52,631 nucleotides of DNA from Verrucomicrobiota bacterium (lineage in GTDB: Bacteria; Verrucomicrobiota; Verrucomicrobiia; Opitutales; Opitutaceae). Positions within the stretch are counted from its first letter, which is position 1. Every line of letters starts with the position of its first letter. Under the pieces are notes generated by a model. It made no database searches and was not told the DNA's origin. It saw nothing but the letters and a program-made list of their open reading frames with translations. The position numbers and the translations under genes are program-made. The DNA lies in NCBI GenBank assembly GCA_025363395.1, contig JANYDX010000248.1, forward strand, positions 1 through 52,631, read 5' to 3'. Positions 1-10,330 of the stretch are shown in pieces.

Positions 1-279
1 AAGGGCATCGTGGCCGACGTCAAGAGCGGTAAAGGCGCCCTGGGCGTGCTGCTCTACGACGAACCCACTGCAAATAGCCTCAAAGTCACCGTGGGTAATC
101 TCCGCGAGGTCTCCGACAAACTGGCCAAAGGCGAAGGCACCCTCGGCAAGCTGATCAACGACGACGGCCTTTACCTGAGCGTGCAATCGACGATGAAAAA
201 AGCCGACCGGGCGATTGACGGGCTGGGCGATTCCGGCCCGATCACCGCCGTGGGCGTCGTGGCGGGGAAACTTTTCTGA
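1..279 (+). CDS. MlaD/Mce-family protein, C-terminal part (5' end outside window)
   Basis: Repeated 'G[KE]G[AT]LG.L..D..LY' coiled-coil motifs typical of MlaD/MCE C-termini; open from the window edge to TGA at 277-279. Confidence 0.7.
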   Translation, partial: KGIVADVKSGKGALGVLLYDEPTANSLKVTVGNLREVSDKLAKGEGTLGKLINDDGLYLSVQSTMKKADRAIDGLGDSGPITAVGVVAGKLF

Positions 280-338
280 GGAAAATCGTTTCCCGGTCCT
301 GCCGCTTAAAATTTAGGGGGGAATCATCCGCCAAATAG

Positions 339-365
339 CAAGCCGGTCCCGTGCGGACCGGCTTG
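339..365. terminator. Stem-loop between convergent genes (probable terminator)
   Basis: CAAGCCGGTCC-cgtgc-GGACCGGCTTG, a perfect 11-bp inverted repeat between the convergent mlaD-like gene and argG. Confidence 0.6.
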
Positions 366-439
366 TCGCTGAAATCTTATGAACTCTGCGTGACGCGGCG
401 GCTTGAAAGCTGCGGCGTTCGCTGGAAGAACATACTCGT

Positions 440-1666
440 TTAAATCTTGGGGCCGCCTTGCGCGAGGTTGCGCGCGCGGAGCCGCAGGCCGTTGAGCCGA
501 ATGAAGCCCGTCGCATCGCTCTGGTTGTACCAGCTCTTGACGCCTTCCATGGAGGCAATCTTGTCGTCGTAGAGGGAGTATTTCGATTTGCGGCCGCAGG
601 TAATGATATTGCCCTTGTAGAGTTTGAGCCGGACCGTACCCGTCACGAATTTCTGGCTCTCATCGATCATGGCCTGCAACATCTCGCGCTCCGGTGCGAA
701 CCAAAAGCCGTTGTAAACCAGCTCGGCGTATTTTGGAATGAAGCCGTCGCGCAAATGGAGCACTTCGCGATCCATCGTCAACGATTCCACCTGACGATGC
801 GCCTGCATGAGGATCGTGCCGCCCGGGGTTTCATAAACTCCGCGGGACTTCATGCCGACAAAACGATTCTCGACCAAATCCACGCGCCCGATGCCGTGCT
901 TGCCGCCGAGTTTGTTGAGCGTCTTGAGCACGCCACCAGGGGAAAGGTTCTTGCCATTGACCGCGACGCAGTTGCCCTGCTCGAAATCGAGCTCGACGTA
1001 TTCCGCCTTGTCCGGGGCGTCTTCCGGCGAAACCGAAAGCTTGAACATTCCTTTGTTTGCCTCGGTCGTCGGATCGAACCACGGATCCTCCAGGATGCCG
1101 GCTTCGTAGGAAATATGGAGAAGGTTGCGGTCCATCGAATACGGCTTCTTCAGCGAAGCCTCGACGGGGATTTTGTGTTTTGCACAATAGGCGATCATCT
1201 CGGCGCGGCCGGGAAATTCGGCGCGATAGTTTTCCAGTTTCCACGGGGCGATAATCTGCAGATCAGGTGCGAGCGCCATGTAAGTCAGCTCAAAGCGACA
1301 CTGGTCGTTGCCCTTGCCGGTGGCTCCGTGCGCCACCGTGTCGGCGTTTTCCTTGCGCGCAATGTCAACCTGGGCCTTGGCTATGAGCGGTCGGGCGATC
1401 GAGGTGCCCAGGTAATACTGGCCCTCGTAAATCGCATTGGCCCGAATCATCGGATAGATGTAATCCCGGGCGAACTCTTCGACCAAATCGAGCGTGTAGT
1501 GCTTGGAGGCACCGGTTTTTTTGGCCTTCTTATCGAGGCCTTTCAGTTCCTCCTCCTGACCAACGTCAGCGGCAAAAGTGACGATCTCCGCGTCGTAGGT
1601 TTCCTTGAGCCATTTGACGATGACGGAGGTGTCGAGACCACCGGAGTATGCGAGTACGATCTTCAT
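440..1666 (-). CDS. argG: Argininosuccinate synthase
   Basis: [16 protein letters not shown]-loop, [20 protein letters not shown] motifs; true start is the internal ATG at 1666. Confidence 0.97.
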   Translation of the reverse strand: MKIVLAYSGGLDTSVIVKWLKETYDAEIVTFAADVGQEEELKGLDKKAKKTGASKHYTLDLVEEFARDYIYPMIRANAIYEGQYYLGTSIARPLIAKAQVDIARKENADTVAHGATGKGNDQCRFELTYMALAPDLQIIAPWKLENYRAEFPGRAEMIAYCAKHKIPVEASLKKPYSMDRNLLHISYEAGILEDPWFDPTTEANKGMFKLSVSPEDAPDKAEYVELDFEQGNCVAVNGKNLSPGGVLKTLNKLGGKHGIGRVDLVENRFVGMKSRGVYETPGGTILMQAHRQVESLTMDREVLHLRDGFIPKYAELVYNGFWFAPEREMLQAMIDESQKFVTGTVRLKLYKGNIITCGRKSKYSLYDDKIASMEGVKSWYNQSDATGFIRLNGLRLRARNLAQGGPKI

Positions 1667-1787
1667 AATTGAAACTGAGTGTTGATAATCACTCCCGTCG
1701 CGCAAAGTTAAAATCCATAATTTACGGCATATTAACCCCACGAAGATTGTGTTTCCGCACCACCCCGCATGAGCTAGTCTCATACTG

Positions 1788-2279
1788 ATGAGGCCGGCCA
1801 AACCATGGTTCAGTCCCTCCCGCGCGCGTGGATTCACGCTCGTTGAAATCATGGTCGTCGTGGTCATCATCGGCCTTCTCGCGGCGCTGGCCATCCCCGC
1901 CTACCTTCGCGTCCAACGTGCCTCGCAAAACAGCCGCACCACAAATGATTTCCGGATCTTCGCCCAGGCCTTCGAAATCTACAACACGCAGAATGGCACC
2001 TGGCCGAACAATGTTGCAGCCGGAGTGGTGCCGACCACGCCGGTATCAATGAACGGCGATTTCAAGACCAGCACCTGGCAGTCCATCACAGTCATCGGCG
2101 GCCAGTGGAACTGGGACAAGGGTAATTTCGGCATCACCGCCGGAATTTCCATCACCAACTTCACCTGCGACGACGCGCAGCTGGCCGAGATCGATGCCAA
2201 GCTCGACGACGGTAATCTTACGACCGGAAATTTTCAGAAGATCCAGCCCAACCGGGTGACCCTGATTCTCGAGCAATAG
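1788..2279 (+). CDS. Type IV pilin / type II secretion pseudopilin-like protein
   Basis: Class III prepilin cleavage/methylation motif RG|[22 protein letters not shown]. Confidence 0.88.
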   Translation: MRPAKPWFSPSRARGFTLVEIMVVVVIIGLLAALAIPAYLRVQRASQNSRTTNDFRIFAQAFEIYNTQNGTWPNNVAAGVVPTTPVSMNGDFKTSTWQSITVIGGQWNWDKGNFGITAGISITNFTCDDAQLAEIDAKLDDGNLTTGNFQKIQPNRVTLILEQ

Positions 2280-2285
2280 GCCGCC

Positions 2286-3230
2286 TCAGCCGCGCGCCTG
2301 CACCAGCATCGCCATGATGGCCTTCTGCACATGCAGACGGTTTTCAGCTTCGTCAAAAATCACACAGCGCGGATGGTCGAGCACTTCCTGCGTCACCTCT
2401 TCCCCCGCGTGCGCCGGCAGACAATGCATGAACAGCGCGTCCGGCTTAGCGGCGGCAAAAATTTCTCCCGTCACCGTGTAGGGGGTCATCGTCTGGATGC
2501 GCTCCTTGGTTTCCTCCTCCTTGCCCATGCTGACCCACACATCCGTGTAGACAATGTCGGCATCCTTGACCGCCGCAAAAGGATCGTGGGTGAAATGATA
2601 GCCGCCGGAAAATCCTTCCTGCGCGAGCAGCGCATCGAGTTCCGTCCCGGGAGCGTAACCGACCGGACCGGCCAGTGAAATCTTCATGCCAAAGAGGTTC
2701 GCGCCCAGAATCCAAGAGTTCGCCATGTTGCACGCCGTATCCCCGAGAAACGCGATCTTCCGGCCCTTGAGCGACGCGAGCAAATCACCACCGGGCGCCG
2801 TCCAGCGTTCCGCGGCCGTAAATGCGTCGGTGTAAATCTGGCAGGGATGCAGGAAATCCGTGAGGGCATTCACCACCGGCACCGAACCGGCGGCGGCGAG
2901 CCTTTCCAATTCGCTGTGCGCATATGTCCGCACAATCAGACCATGCACAAATCGCGACAGGACCTTGGCGGTGTCCTCAATTGTTTCACCGCGTCCGAGC
3001 TGGATGTCATTCTTGTTCAGGAAAAGCGGATTTCCGCCCAGTTCATGGATGCCGACCTCGAACGAGACGCGGGTGCGCGTGCTGGACTTGGAAAAAATCA
3101 TCGCCCAGGTCTGCTGCGCCAGCACTGAGGAGGGCTTGCGACCACGCTGTTGTTTGAGCTCCCGGGCCAGCGCAAAAACTTCACTGACCTGTTGCCGCGT
3201 GAAGTCTGTCTCTTTGAGGAAATGCTTCAT
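2286..3230 (-). CDS. argF: Ornithine carbamoyltransferase
   Basis: SSTRT, HPCQ, DVWVSMG, HCLP motifs; start MKHFLKETDF at 3230. Confidence 0.95.
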   Translation of the reverse strand: MKHFLKETDFTRQQVSEVFALARELKQQRGRKPSSVLAQQTWAMIFSKSSTRTRVSFEVGIHELGGNPLFLNKNDIQLGRGETIEDTAKVLSRFVHGLIVRTYAHSELERLAAAGSVPVVNALTDFLHPCQIYTDAFTAAERWTAPGGDLLASLKGRKIAFLGDTACNMANSWILGANLFGMKISLAGPVGYAPGTELDALLAQEGFSGGYHFTHDPFAAVKDADIVYTDVWVSMGKEEETKERIQTMTPYTVTGEIFAAAKPDALFMHCLPAHAGEEVTQEVLDHPRCVIFDEAENRLHVQKAIMAMLVQARG

Positions 3231-3330
3231 GGAAAGGGTCAGCCTAAAACACTCGCGCCGCAGCGGACGAGGGAAAAAATGCGCCGCAGCGGAAACTTTC
3301 CCGTTACAGCGCTTTCCCGCAGCCACTGAG

Positions 3331-5367
3331 TCACCCGGACGAAGCATCCGAGGGAAACCAATGCAGCTCCGCCGATGCCTTGCCCAGCTCCGTGCGTCCA
3401 CACCGGATCACCAGTGCCTGGTAAAATCGATTGGCCTCCACCGGATCGCGGCTTTTCAACCACCCTCCGGCGGTGTTGAGAATGGCGGCGGTCTCATCGT
3501 TGTCGTTGGGCAGAAGTGCCGCCGCCCACCACGCCAGATCCGCCGCACGATAACGGTAGCTAAACCGCTTGGCTGGTACCGCGATACTCCCGAGACGCTC
3601 AATCTCCTGGCTGGTGGGCGCGAACCGGTCACCCGCCTGCTTCAGGCGCTCACTGCCCGCACCATAACCCGAAAAGGATCCGTCCCAGATTGCAAAATCT
3701 GGTTCCAGTTCAGCACCCATCAAAGCCATGCCTTCTGCGCGCACCAGCTGGGCCGCGCGCCAGAAAGCCCGCGCCCTTTTTTTCGGCGACAAAGTCAGGT
3801 TGAATCCTGCTTGGACGTCCTTCACGTAGGCCGTGAGGATCGCCCGGTTTTTCCCGCAGAAATAAACTTTCGCTTCCTGCACCCGCCCGGCCCGGACTAG
3901 CCGTCGGGCGAGCAGTTCGGCCAGCTCCGTTTGCAATGAACCTTGAGGATCTTCCCGAAAGCCGCGGCGCGCGGCCTGATTTGAATTCACGGTCTCCGGC
4001 CTGACGAGCTCGCCATTATAGGGTTCGTACAAGGGTCGCATTGCCGGACAATACCGGGACTGAAATATTTTCAGTTCATCGATCGTCAGGAGCCGCTCCG
4101 CCACATACGCCGCGTCTTCCCAATGCGCCCCGTCCAACCAGGCCGTCAGCGCCGCCTCCCGCCGGTCCAGCGCAAGTTCCACGCGCCCGAGCTCACCCAA
4201 CACCGTCGAGCGATAAATCGCGGCGAGTTCCGGCGCCGCGGCCGCACCACCAAGTTCCCGCGCTCCTTCGCACAGCCGGTTGTCGTGCAATGCAAGTTTG
4301 GCCCGGACCCAATGTGTCTCCGGCGAAGTGTTTAAAGCGAGCCCCGCCCAAGTCCTCGCCAGATCGAAGTCCCCGGCTTCGTAGGCCAGCCACGCGAGAC
4401 GATCCGCGTGAGCGACGTCCTGCACCTTTTCCCTCGCCAGTGCTGCAGTCCAAGCTCGCAAGGGTGCCGCGTCCGGCGCGGCATCATAACTTGAAACGAA
4501 GCGCGCCAAAAACCAAGCCGTCAGCACCCGCCGTGCACGGGGCTCGCGGGCAATTTCGCATTTTTGTTTTTCATCACTCTTCGCCGCAGCGGCCGCGACC
4601 ACCCGCAATGAAGCATAGGCCGACTCGTCGCCGGTGGCATATTGATCCAAATAAAGGCTAATCGCCCGGGCGTAATCCTGCAAGGCCAGCGCCCAATGGG
4701 CCTCCACCCCGTAACTGGCACCGACCAGATTGATCGAGTCGGCAAATCCAGAGTGCGCTAGGCGGCGCAGTTCGACGAACCAACGCTGCGCCTCTTCCGG
4801 CGGAAAATCCCCTTCCACGCTCCGGCCCAGCATGTAGGCCGCCCACGTCGACCGGTAATGCCGCTCTCCCTCCGGCAGCGCCAACACCGCCCTCCATTCG
4901 GCTCCCGCACCCGCCAGATCGTCTTCATACCAAGCCGCCGCGCCGGCCAGATAATGCGCAAACTCGGGGGGCAACCCGGCCGGGATCTTTGCCGGTTTGG
5001 CGGCAGAATTGTCTTCCGTCCATTTGCGCTGCTGCGTCCGGTAATTTTGATAGGCAGCCACAATTTGTTCCACCCGCACGCCAGATTCACCACGCTGGCT
5101 CAAAGCCAGACGCAGTTCGTCCGCCTCGCGCGTGTCTTCCTTGGTTTCCGCATCCGGCGCAGCGGCTGCGCACGGCGGAGCCGGCGCCAGCCGCTCAATC
5201 TCCACGGCGAAGTAACCTTCCGGGGCCGCGAGCATGGTTTGCGTGGGTCGATCCAGATAACGGTTGGGAAAATCCGGTCCACAAGCGACCAGCCTGCTTG
5301 CACCGAAAAAAACGAGCGCGCCCAAGCTAAGGAAACGCGGTGAGTTGAAGCGTGAGGGGAATTTCAT
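3331..5367 (-). CDS. Secreted helical-repeat protein, partner of the DUF3142 protein
   Basis: Signal peptide followed by ACGPDFP, Ala-rich TPR-like helices, C-terminal 'LN.AGGWLK.RDP..A.RFYQALV.RC'; overlaps the upstream DUF3142 gene by 41 nt. Confidence 0.7.
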   Translation of the reverse strand: MKFPSRFNSPRFLSLGALVFFGASRLVACGPDFPNRYLDRPTQTMLAAPEGYFAVEIERLAPAPPCAAAAPDAETKEDTREADELRLALSQRGESGVRVEQIVAAYQNYRTQQRKWTEDNSAAKPAKIPAGLPPEFAHYLAGAAAWYEDDLAGAGAEWRAVLALPEGERHYRSTWAAYMLGRSVEGDFPPEEAQRWFVELRRLAHSGFADSINLVGASYGVEAHWALALQDYARAISLYLDQYATGDESAYASLRVVAAAAAKSDEKQKCEIAREPRARRVLTAWFLARFVSSYDAAPDAAPLRAWTAALAREKVQDVAHADRLAWLAYEAGDFDLARTWAGLALNTSPETHWVRAKLALHDNRLCEGARELGGAAAAPELAAIYRSTVLGELGRVELALDRREAALTAWLDGAHWEDAAYVAERLLTIDELKIFQSRYCPAMRPLYEPYNGELVRPETVNSNQAARRGFREDPQGSLQTELAELLARRLVRAGRVQEAKVYFCGKNRAILTAYVKDVQAGFNLTLSPKKRARAFWRAAQLVRAEGMALMGAELEPDFAIWDGSFSGYGAGSERLKQAGDRFAPTSQEIERLGSIAVPAKRFSYRYRAADLAWWAAALLPNDNDETAAILNTAGGWLKSRDPVEANRFYQALVIRCGRTELGKASAELHWFPSDASSG

Positions 5368-6592
5368 GGGAAAATCGAATCCAGCCAATTTTGCGGCTCC
5401 GCCCCGGAGCGATCCGCTCCTCTGCCAGCGCCGGCTTGGCCGACAGCACCATGACTCCAGCCCGCGCCCGGTCGGACAACGGCGAGTAACCGCTCAACCC
5501 ATCCGCGACAATCACGCGCCCATCATCCGCCCACCGGACCCCAATCTTTGACGGCAGGAGCTCATCCCGCTCGCCGCGATTGACGAGGCTGACTTCCGCC
5601 AATCCATCCGCCGACCAAATCACGTCAGCCACCAGCTGCGATACCGGCACCGCTCCACGCAGCACAACTTTCAAAGTAGAGAGCTCCCAGTTCAACTGGT
5701 CACCCGTGACCGGGAGGCGAAACCAGATTATTCCAGTGCAACCCTCAAGTCGGGCTTCACCCAATCTTTGGGCCAGCTTTGCCACGGTGGAAGCATCCGC
5801 TCTTACACTACGTAGCTGCGTATTCGCCGGCCAAGCGACGGGCGGTCCCTCGGCGGACAATGCGATAAACTTTCCCGTCACATCGAAAGCGAGCCGATAA
5901 CCATAAGTTGGCAGCGCGACCCGGAACGGAACTCCGATGCGCGCGGCCTGGGCAATCCACGCCCACGCACGGTCTGGATCGCACAATTGGAACACCTGCT
6001 CCGGTCCCGCCGGTTTTTCCAACGAGTGAACTTGGAGGACATAGCCATCCGCTGTACGGGCCAGAGCCGGAAAATCCTCCCGCCCCAGCCAGTCCGGCAA
6101 CGCGGTAAACACAATTTTAGTCGAACCCGCCGCGAGCTTCAGCGCTGCCAGCCAGAGCCGATAGCCCGCCAGTTTCGAAGAGGCACAATCGAAATCGATC
6201 TGCAGCTCCGCCGGCTCCAGTCCGTTCGTTCTCGCAGCGCTCAACAACGAGTCAACCACGCCAGCCAGATACCGCGCCGGCTCATCATCGGACGCGAATC
6301 GACCGGCATACGGTCCGATGCGCAGCACCAGCCCTACCGGCCGGCCCTTGGCAGCCAGCGCGGTGTAGTCCACATTTGATCGAAACAATCTCGGCCGGTT
6401 TTTTTCCCAGCTCACCTCGGCCGCCAGGACTGCATATCCGTCTGTGTCGCTGCGCACCGCCTCGAGGGCCTGATAAACTACCGGAGAAAATTGCCGCTGC
6501 CACACATACACTTCCTGAGTGAAGGCCCACAGCGGATTCGCCTGGGCACAAACCAGGCCCAGAACAAACCGCCAGCGGTGGATCAATTTCAT
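5327..6592 (-). CDS. DUF3142 domain protein (GH18-like TIM barrel, secreted)
   Basis: YVWQR, ELQIDFDC, TALPDW, YVLQVHS, FRVALPTYGY, GIIWFRLP motifs recognised as DUF3142; signal peptide. Confidence 0.8.
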   Translation of the reverse strand: MKLIHRWRFVLGLVCAQANPLWAFTQEVYVWQRQFSPVVYQALEAVRSDTDGYAVLAAEVSWEKNRPRLFRSNVDYTALAAKGRPVGLVLRIGPYAGRFASDDEPARYLAGVVDSLLSAARTNGLEPAELQIDFDCASSKLAGYRLWLAALKLAAGSTKIVFTALPDWLGREDFPALARTADGYVLQVHSLEKPAGPEQVFQLCDPDRAWAWIAQAARIGVPFRVALPTYGYRLAFDVTGKFIALSAEGPPVAWPANTQLRSVRADASTVAKLAQRLGEARLEGCTGIIWFRLPVTGDQLNWELSTLKVVLRGAVPVSQLVADVIWSADGLAEVSLVNRGERDELLPSKIGVRWADDGRVIVADGLSGYSPLSDRARAGVMVLSAKPALAEERIAPGRSRKIGWIRFSHEIPLTLQLTAFP

Positions 6593-6598
6593 CCACCC

Positions 6599-6652
6599 AT
6601 TTTATACCGTGATCATGAAGCCATCGTGAAACCACGATGAAGTCCCAGTGAA
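6599..6652 (-). promoter_or_regulatory. Four phased TTCAY repeats (11-bp period) plus a -10-like box upstream of the DUF3142 gene
   Basis: Minus strand reads TTCAC-N6-TTCAT-N6-TTCAC-N6-TTCAT (6652-6615), then TATAAAAT (6606-6599) 6 nt before the ATG. Confidence 0.5.
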
Positions 6653-6703
6653 ATCGTCCGCGCCCCGCGGCGATTTTTTTGCGCGACGCTTACCAGACGA
6701 GAA

Positions 6704-7921
6704 TTATTTTTTTGCGTGAAGAACGGACCGGATGATGACCATGGCCCGGTCCAGCTGCGCTGGCGTCGCAATCAACGGGGGCAGCAGGCGAATCGTGTTC
6801 CCACCGGCGGCCACGGCAAGCAGCCCTTCGTCCCGCAACGCCGCAACAAAAGGCGGCGGTTCGCTGTGCAAAACCAAACCGATCATGTAGCCGCGGCCCG
6901 AAATCGCCTTCACCTGCTGGGGGAAATCCACCCAAAGCTTCTCCAGCTGCGTCCGCCACGCGGCTCCGTTGGTTTGCACCTTTTGCAGCAGATTTTCCCG
7001 TTCCATGACATCGAGCACGGCCAGTGCCGCAGCACACGCCAGCGGCGTACCGCCAAAGGTCGAGCCATGCGAACCCGGCTGAAACAGTTCCGCGTTTTTC
7101 TCGGCTGCCCAGATGGCACCCATCGGATAGCCACCGCCCAATCCCTTGGCCATGCCGATCGCGTCGGCCCGTATGCCGGAATTTTGGAAGGCGTAAAACG
7201 TCCCCGTCCGCCCGATGCCACACTGCACCTCGTCGAGCATGAGCAGCAGGTTGTGCTGGTCGCAAAGCTGGCGCAGGCCCCAGAGAAATTCATCCGTGCA
7301 GGGAACGACCCCGCCCTCACCCTGAATGGTCTCGAGGAAAATTGCCGCAGTCTGATCATCCACCAGATCCACGAAGCTCTGTAGATTGTTCAATTCACCA
7401 AACGCAAAGCCGGGCACCAGCGGACGAAAGCCCTTCTGAATTTTTTCCTGCGGCGTAGCGCTCATGCCCCCGAAGGTGCGGCCGTGAAACGCGTTTTTCG
7501 CGCACAGAATCTTGATGCATTTGCCTTCCTCGCCGGATTTCCGGATGCCGTGGAGGCGAGCGAGCTTGATCAAACCCTCATTGGCTTCCGTGCCGCTATT
7601 ACAAAAAAAGACGCGCCCCGGCCCCGCCTGCTGCACCAACCGCCGGGCAAGTTCGCCCTGATTGGGATTCCGGAAAAGATTGCTGGTGTGGATCAGTTCC
7701 CCCGCCTGCTGACGAATGGCCTCCACCCACACCGGGTGACAATGCCCGAGCGCTGCCACCGCGATGCCCGAGGTGAAATCAAGGTATTCACGACCGGTGT
7801 CATCCCATACGGACACACCCAGCCCGCGCACCAGGGTCAGCGCCGGGCGGCCGTAGTTCTTCATGACGTACGCGTCGTAGAGCTCGGCGGTGTTGGTGCG
7901 AACGATGGAAGGCTGGGACAT
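6704..7921 (-). CDS. argD: Acetylornithine aminotransferase
   Basis: Class III PLP aminotransferase motifs NSGTEANE, FHGRT, IQGEGG, DEVQCGIGRTG, AKGLGGG, HGSTFGG; located in the arg cluster. Confidence 0.93.
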   Translation of the reverse strand: MSQPSIVRTNTAELYDAYVMKNYGRPALTLVRGLGVSVWDDTGREYLDFTSGIAVAALGHCHPVWVEAIRQQAGELIHTSNLFRNPNQGELARRLVQQAGPGRVFFCNSGTEANEGLIKLARLHGIRKSGEEGKCIKILCAKNAFHGRTFGGMSATPQEKIQKGFRPLVPGFAFGELNNLQSFVDLVDDQTAAIFLETIQGEGGVVPCTDEFLWGLRQLCDQHNLLLMLDEVQCGIGRTGTFYAFQNSGIRADAIGMAKGLGGGYPMGAIWAAEKNAELFQPGSHGSTFGGTPLACAAALAVLDVMERENLLQKVQTNGAAWRTQLEKLWVDFPQQVKAISGRGYMIGLVLHSEPPPFVAALRDEGLLAVAAGGNTIRLLPPLIATPAQLDRAMVIIRSVLHAKK

Positions 7922-7927
7922 GTTTTG

Positions 7928-8023
7928 GATTTACGATCTACGATTTGCAGGACGGTTCAAACTAATGCGCACGCGGCAAAGACAGCGCCATGCATGTAAT
8001 TCGTAAATCTGACTTCCTAATTC
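7928..8023. repeat. Inverted arrays of degenerate heptamer repeats
   Basis: GATTTAC-GATCTAC-GATTTGC (7928-7948) facing GTAATTC-GTAAATC-TGACTTC-CTAATTC (7996-8023); GTAAATC is the reverse complement of GATTTAC. Confidence 0.5.
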
Positions 8024-8025
8024 CG

Positions 8026-8907
8026 TCAGCCGTGCACGATTTCCGTCCCCACGCCCTTGTCGGTGAAAATTTCCAACAGCAGGCTGTGCGGCATGCGTCC
8101 GTCCACAAAATGGACGCGTTGCACGCCTTCTTCCAACGCGCGCACGGCACTTTGCACCTTGGGACGCATGCCCTTGTCGATCACGCCACTTTTTTTCAAA
8201 GCCTCCACTTCCCCCACCTTGACGGTTGAGATCAAAGTTTCGGGGTTTTTTGGATCGGCAAGGAGACCCGGCACGTCGCTCATATAAACGAGCCGGCGGG
8301 CGCGAAGCGCGCTGGCCACGCGACCGGCTACGGTGTCCGCGTTCACATTGTAGGGTTTGCCATCGTAGCCCTCGGCCACAGGCGAAATAACCGGCATAAA
8401 ACCATCGGCGATCTCCTTCTTGATGAGTTTCACCTTCACCTCGGTCACATCACCGACGTAACCGAGATCGCAGGGATTGCCGTCGTCGTCGACGCTGAGT
8501 TTGTTGCAGACGATGACACTGTCGCCCGGCAGTCCCTTTGGGCGGGCTTTCACAGAGGCAAGCGTGTCGCAGACATCCTTGTTGACCACCTCATCGAGGG
8601 TTTTCTTCACGATCGCGATGGTGGCCTCATCCGTAATTCGCAGACCGTTGACGAAATTGGCCTTCAATCCGGCGCTGTCCATGGCGCGGTTGATCGCCTT
8701 GCCGCCGCCGTGGACCACCACGACATTGATGCCCACGGCCGCGAGAAAGGCGATATCGGTCGCTACACTCGTGCGCACCGTGGGGTCCGGATCGTCCATG
8801 AAACTCCCGCCGTACTTGACGACGAACGTCGAACCGTGGAAATCCTGAATGTAAGGCAGGGCCTCGAGTAGTACACGCGCTTTAGCAATGAGCTCGGAGA
8901 CGTCCAT
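8026..8907 (-). CDS. argB: Acetylglutamate kinase
   Basis: [45 protein letters not shown] motifs. Confidence 0.96.
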   Translation of the reverse strand: MDVSELIAKARVLLEALPYIQDFHGSTFVVKYGGSFMDDPDPTVRTSVATDIAFLAAVGINVVVVHGGGKAINRAMDSAGLKANFVNGLRITDEATIAIVKKTLDEVVNKDVCDTLASVKARPKGLPGDSVIVCNKLSVDDDGNPCDLGYVGDVTEVKVKLIKKEIADGFMPVISPVAEGYDGKPYNVNADTVAGRVASALRARRLVYMSDVPGLLADPKNPETLISTVKVGEVEALKKSGVIDKGMRPKVQSAVRALEEGVQRVHFVDGRMPHSLLLEIFTDKGVGTEIVHG

Positions 8908-9059
8908 GAGGCGATCAGGAGCAGGGGACATGGAGGCAAAACGCTTTCATCAATTTTCGGATGGAGAAATTTGTTAAGGCAATGCGCGCAGATTTCACTA
9001 ACAAAATGCAGCAAATATCAGGCCGGACCTGAATGTAACTTCCGCCCGGCTCCGACGAC

Positions 9060-10292
9060 TTACTCGCTTTTGTTGTAATTCACGTAACCGTCCGTCAGGT
9101 CCGTCGCGAGCAGGCGAAACGTGGCTTTGCCAAGATGGAGATTGAGGGTGATGGTGAAGCGGCGCGCCTTCACGATCTCCTTCCACTTGGGTTTCAATTC
9201 GGCGTGGGGTTTGCCGGCGGTCATCGCGGGTGTGTCATTGTAGAGAATGTCGAGTTTGCTTTCGATCAGCTTGGCCCCGGCGTAGCCGGCCGCGTCAGCC
9301 AGGCGACCCCAGTTGGGGTCTTCGCCATACCAGGACGATTTAACCAGCAGGGAATTCCCGATCGCCCGAGCAACTTTCTCAGCATCCTCACCGGAAGCCG
9401 CGCCGGTTACTTTCACTTCAACCACCTTGGTGATCTTCTCGCCATCGGAGACGATTTTGTCGGCCAGCGCTTCGCAGGCCTTCCACACAGCTTCGGCAAA
9501 CAACACGCGCAGTTCGCGCGGGCTCTTGTCGCCGACACTGACACCGGAATGGCCGTTCGCCAGCATCAGCACGGTGTCGTTGGTGCTCATGTCCCCATCG
9601 ACCGTGATACAGTTGAACGTGCCCGTGACAGCTTCCGAGAGCGTTTTCTGCAGAAAACTGCGTGGCACGGAAAAATCCGTCGCCAAGAACGCCAGCATCG
9701 TCGCCATGTTGGGCTGGATCATACCCGCGCCCTTGGCAATGCCGGCCACGACGTGTTTTTTGCCATCATAGGTAAAGCTCACGGTCACCGTCTTGGGTTT
9801 TGTGTCGGACGTCAGAATTGCGTCAGCCGCTTTTTTGCCATGGGCCGGCGTCCGGCCTTTCTCGGTCACGGCGCGTTCCAGGCCCTTCAGGAGACGTTCC
9901 ATGGGCATCGGCTGGCCAATACGCCCGGTGGAACAGACAAAAAACGAGGAAGCCTTGAGATTAAGCGAAGCGGCCGCCCGTTGGGCCGTGGCCTGCGCAT
10001 CGCGCAGCCCTTCAGGACCGGTGCAAGCGTTGGCGTTGCCGGAATTGGCGATGATGCCGTGGAAGGAGCCGCCATCGGCGAGGTGTTTCTGGCAAAGGAT
10101 CACCGGAGCGGCCTTGACGGCGTTCTTGGTAAATGTGCCGGCGGCCGTGCAAGGACGGAGCGAAAACAGCAGCGCAAGATCGAGGCGCTTGAGATCGTTT
10201 TTCTCGCGAATATCGCAGGCGACGCCCGCGGCTTCAAAGCCGGAGACATCAGTGATGCCGGCGCTGTCAAGGGTAACGATCAATTGTGTCAT
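9060..10292 (-). CDS. argJ: Glutamate N-acetyltransferase / ornithine acetyltransferase
   Basis: NSGNANACTG, KGAGMIQPNMATML (autocleavage Thr), DGDMSTND, DPNWGR. Confidence 0.96.
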   Translation of the reverse strand: MTQLIVTLDSAGITDVSGFEAAGVACDIREKNDLKRLDLALLFSLRPCTAAGTFTKNAVKAAPVILCQKHLADGGSFHGIIANSGNANACTGPEGLRDAQATAQRAAASLNLKASSFFVCSTGRIGQPMPMERLLKGLERAVTEKGRTPAHGKKAADAILTSDTKPKTVTVSFTYDGKKHVVAGIAKGAGMIQPNMATMLAFLATDFSVPRSFLQKTLSEAVTGTFNCITVDGDMSTNDTVLMLANGHSGVSVGDKSPRELRVLFAEAVWKACEALADKIVSDGEKITKVVEVKVTGAASGEDAEKVARAIGNSLLVKSSWYGEDPNWGRLADAAGYAGAKLIESKLDILYNDTPAMTAGKPHAELKPKWKEIVKARRFTITLNLHLGKATFRLLATDLTDGYVNYNKSE

Positions 10293-10330
10293 TAGGGGAA
10301 GCTGGATGCGCTGCGACGGTCGAAATTAGA

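Noticed and set aside
458-1672. Long antisense ORFs (e.g. 458..1672, 9135..10295, 26662..28107, 31285..32724, 36680..37996, 42483..43820, 50008..51087)
   Set aside because: They are shadow frames opposite well-recognised genes in high-GC DNA, with no recognisable motifs.
1667-1894. N-terminal extensions given by the ORF track for argG, argF, rplM, cca, purK, the sigma factor and others
   Set aside because: The extensions overlap neighbouring genes or promoters; family homology begins at internal start codons.
8932-9059. ARG boxes in arg intergenic regions
   Set aside because: AT-rich, but no convincing TGAAT-N4-ATTCA palindromes; no argR in the window.
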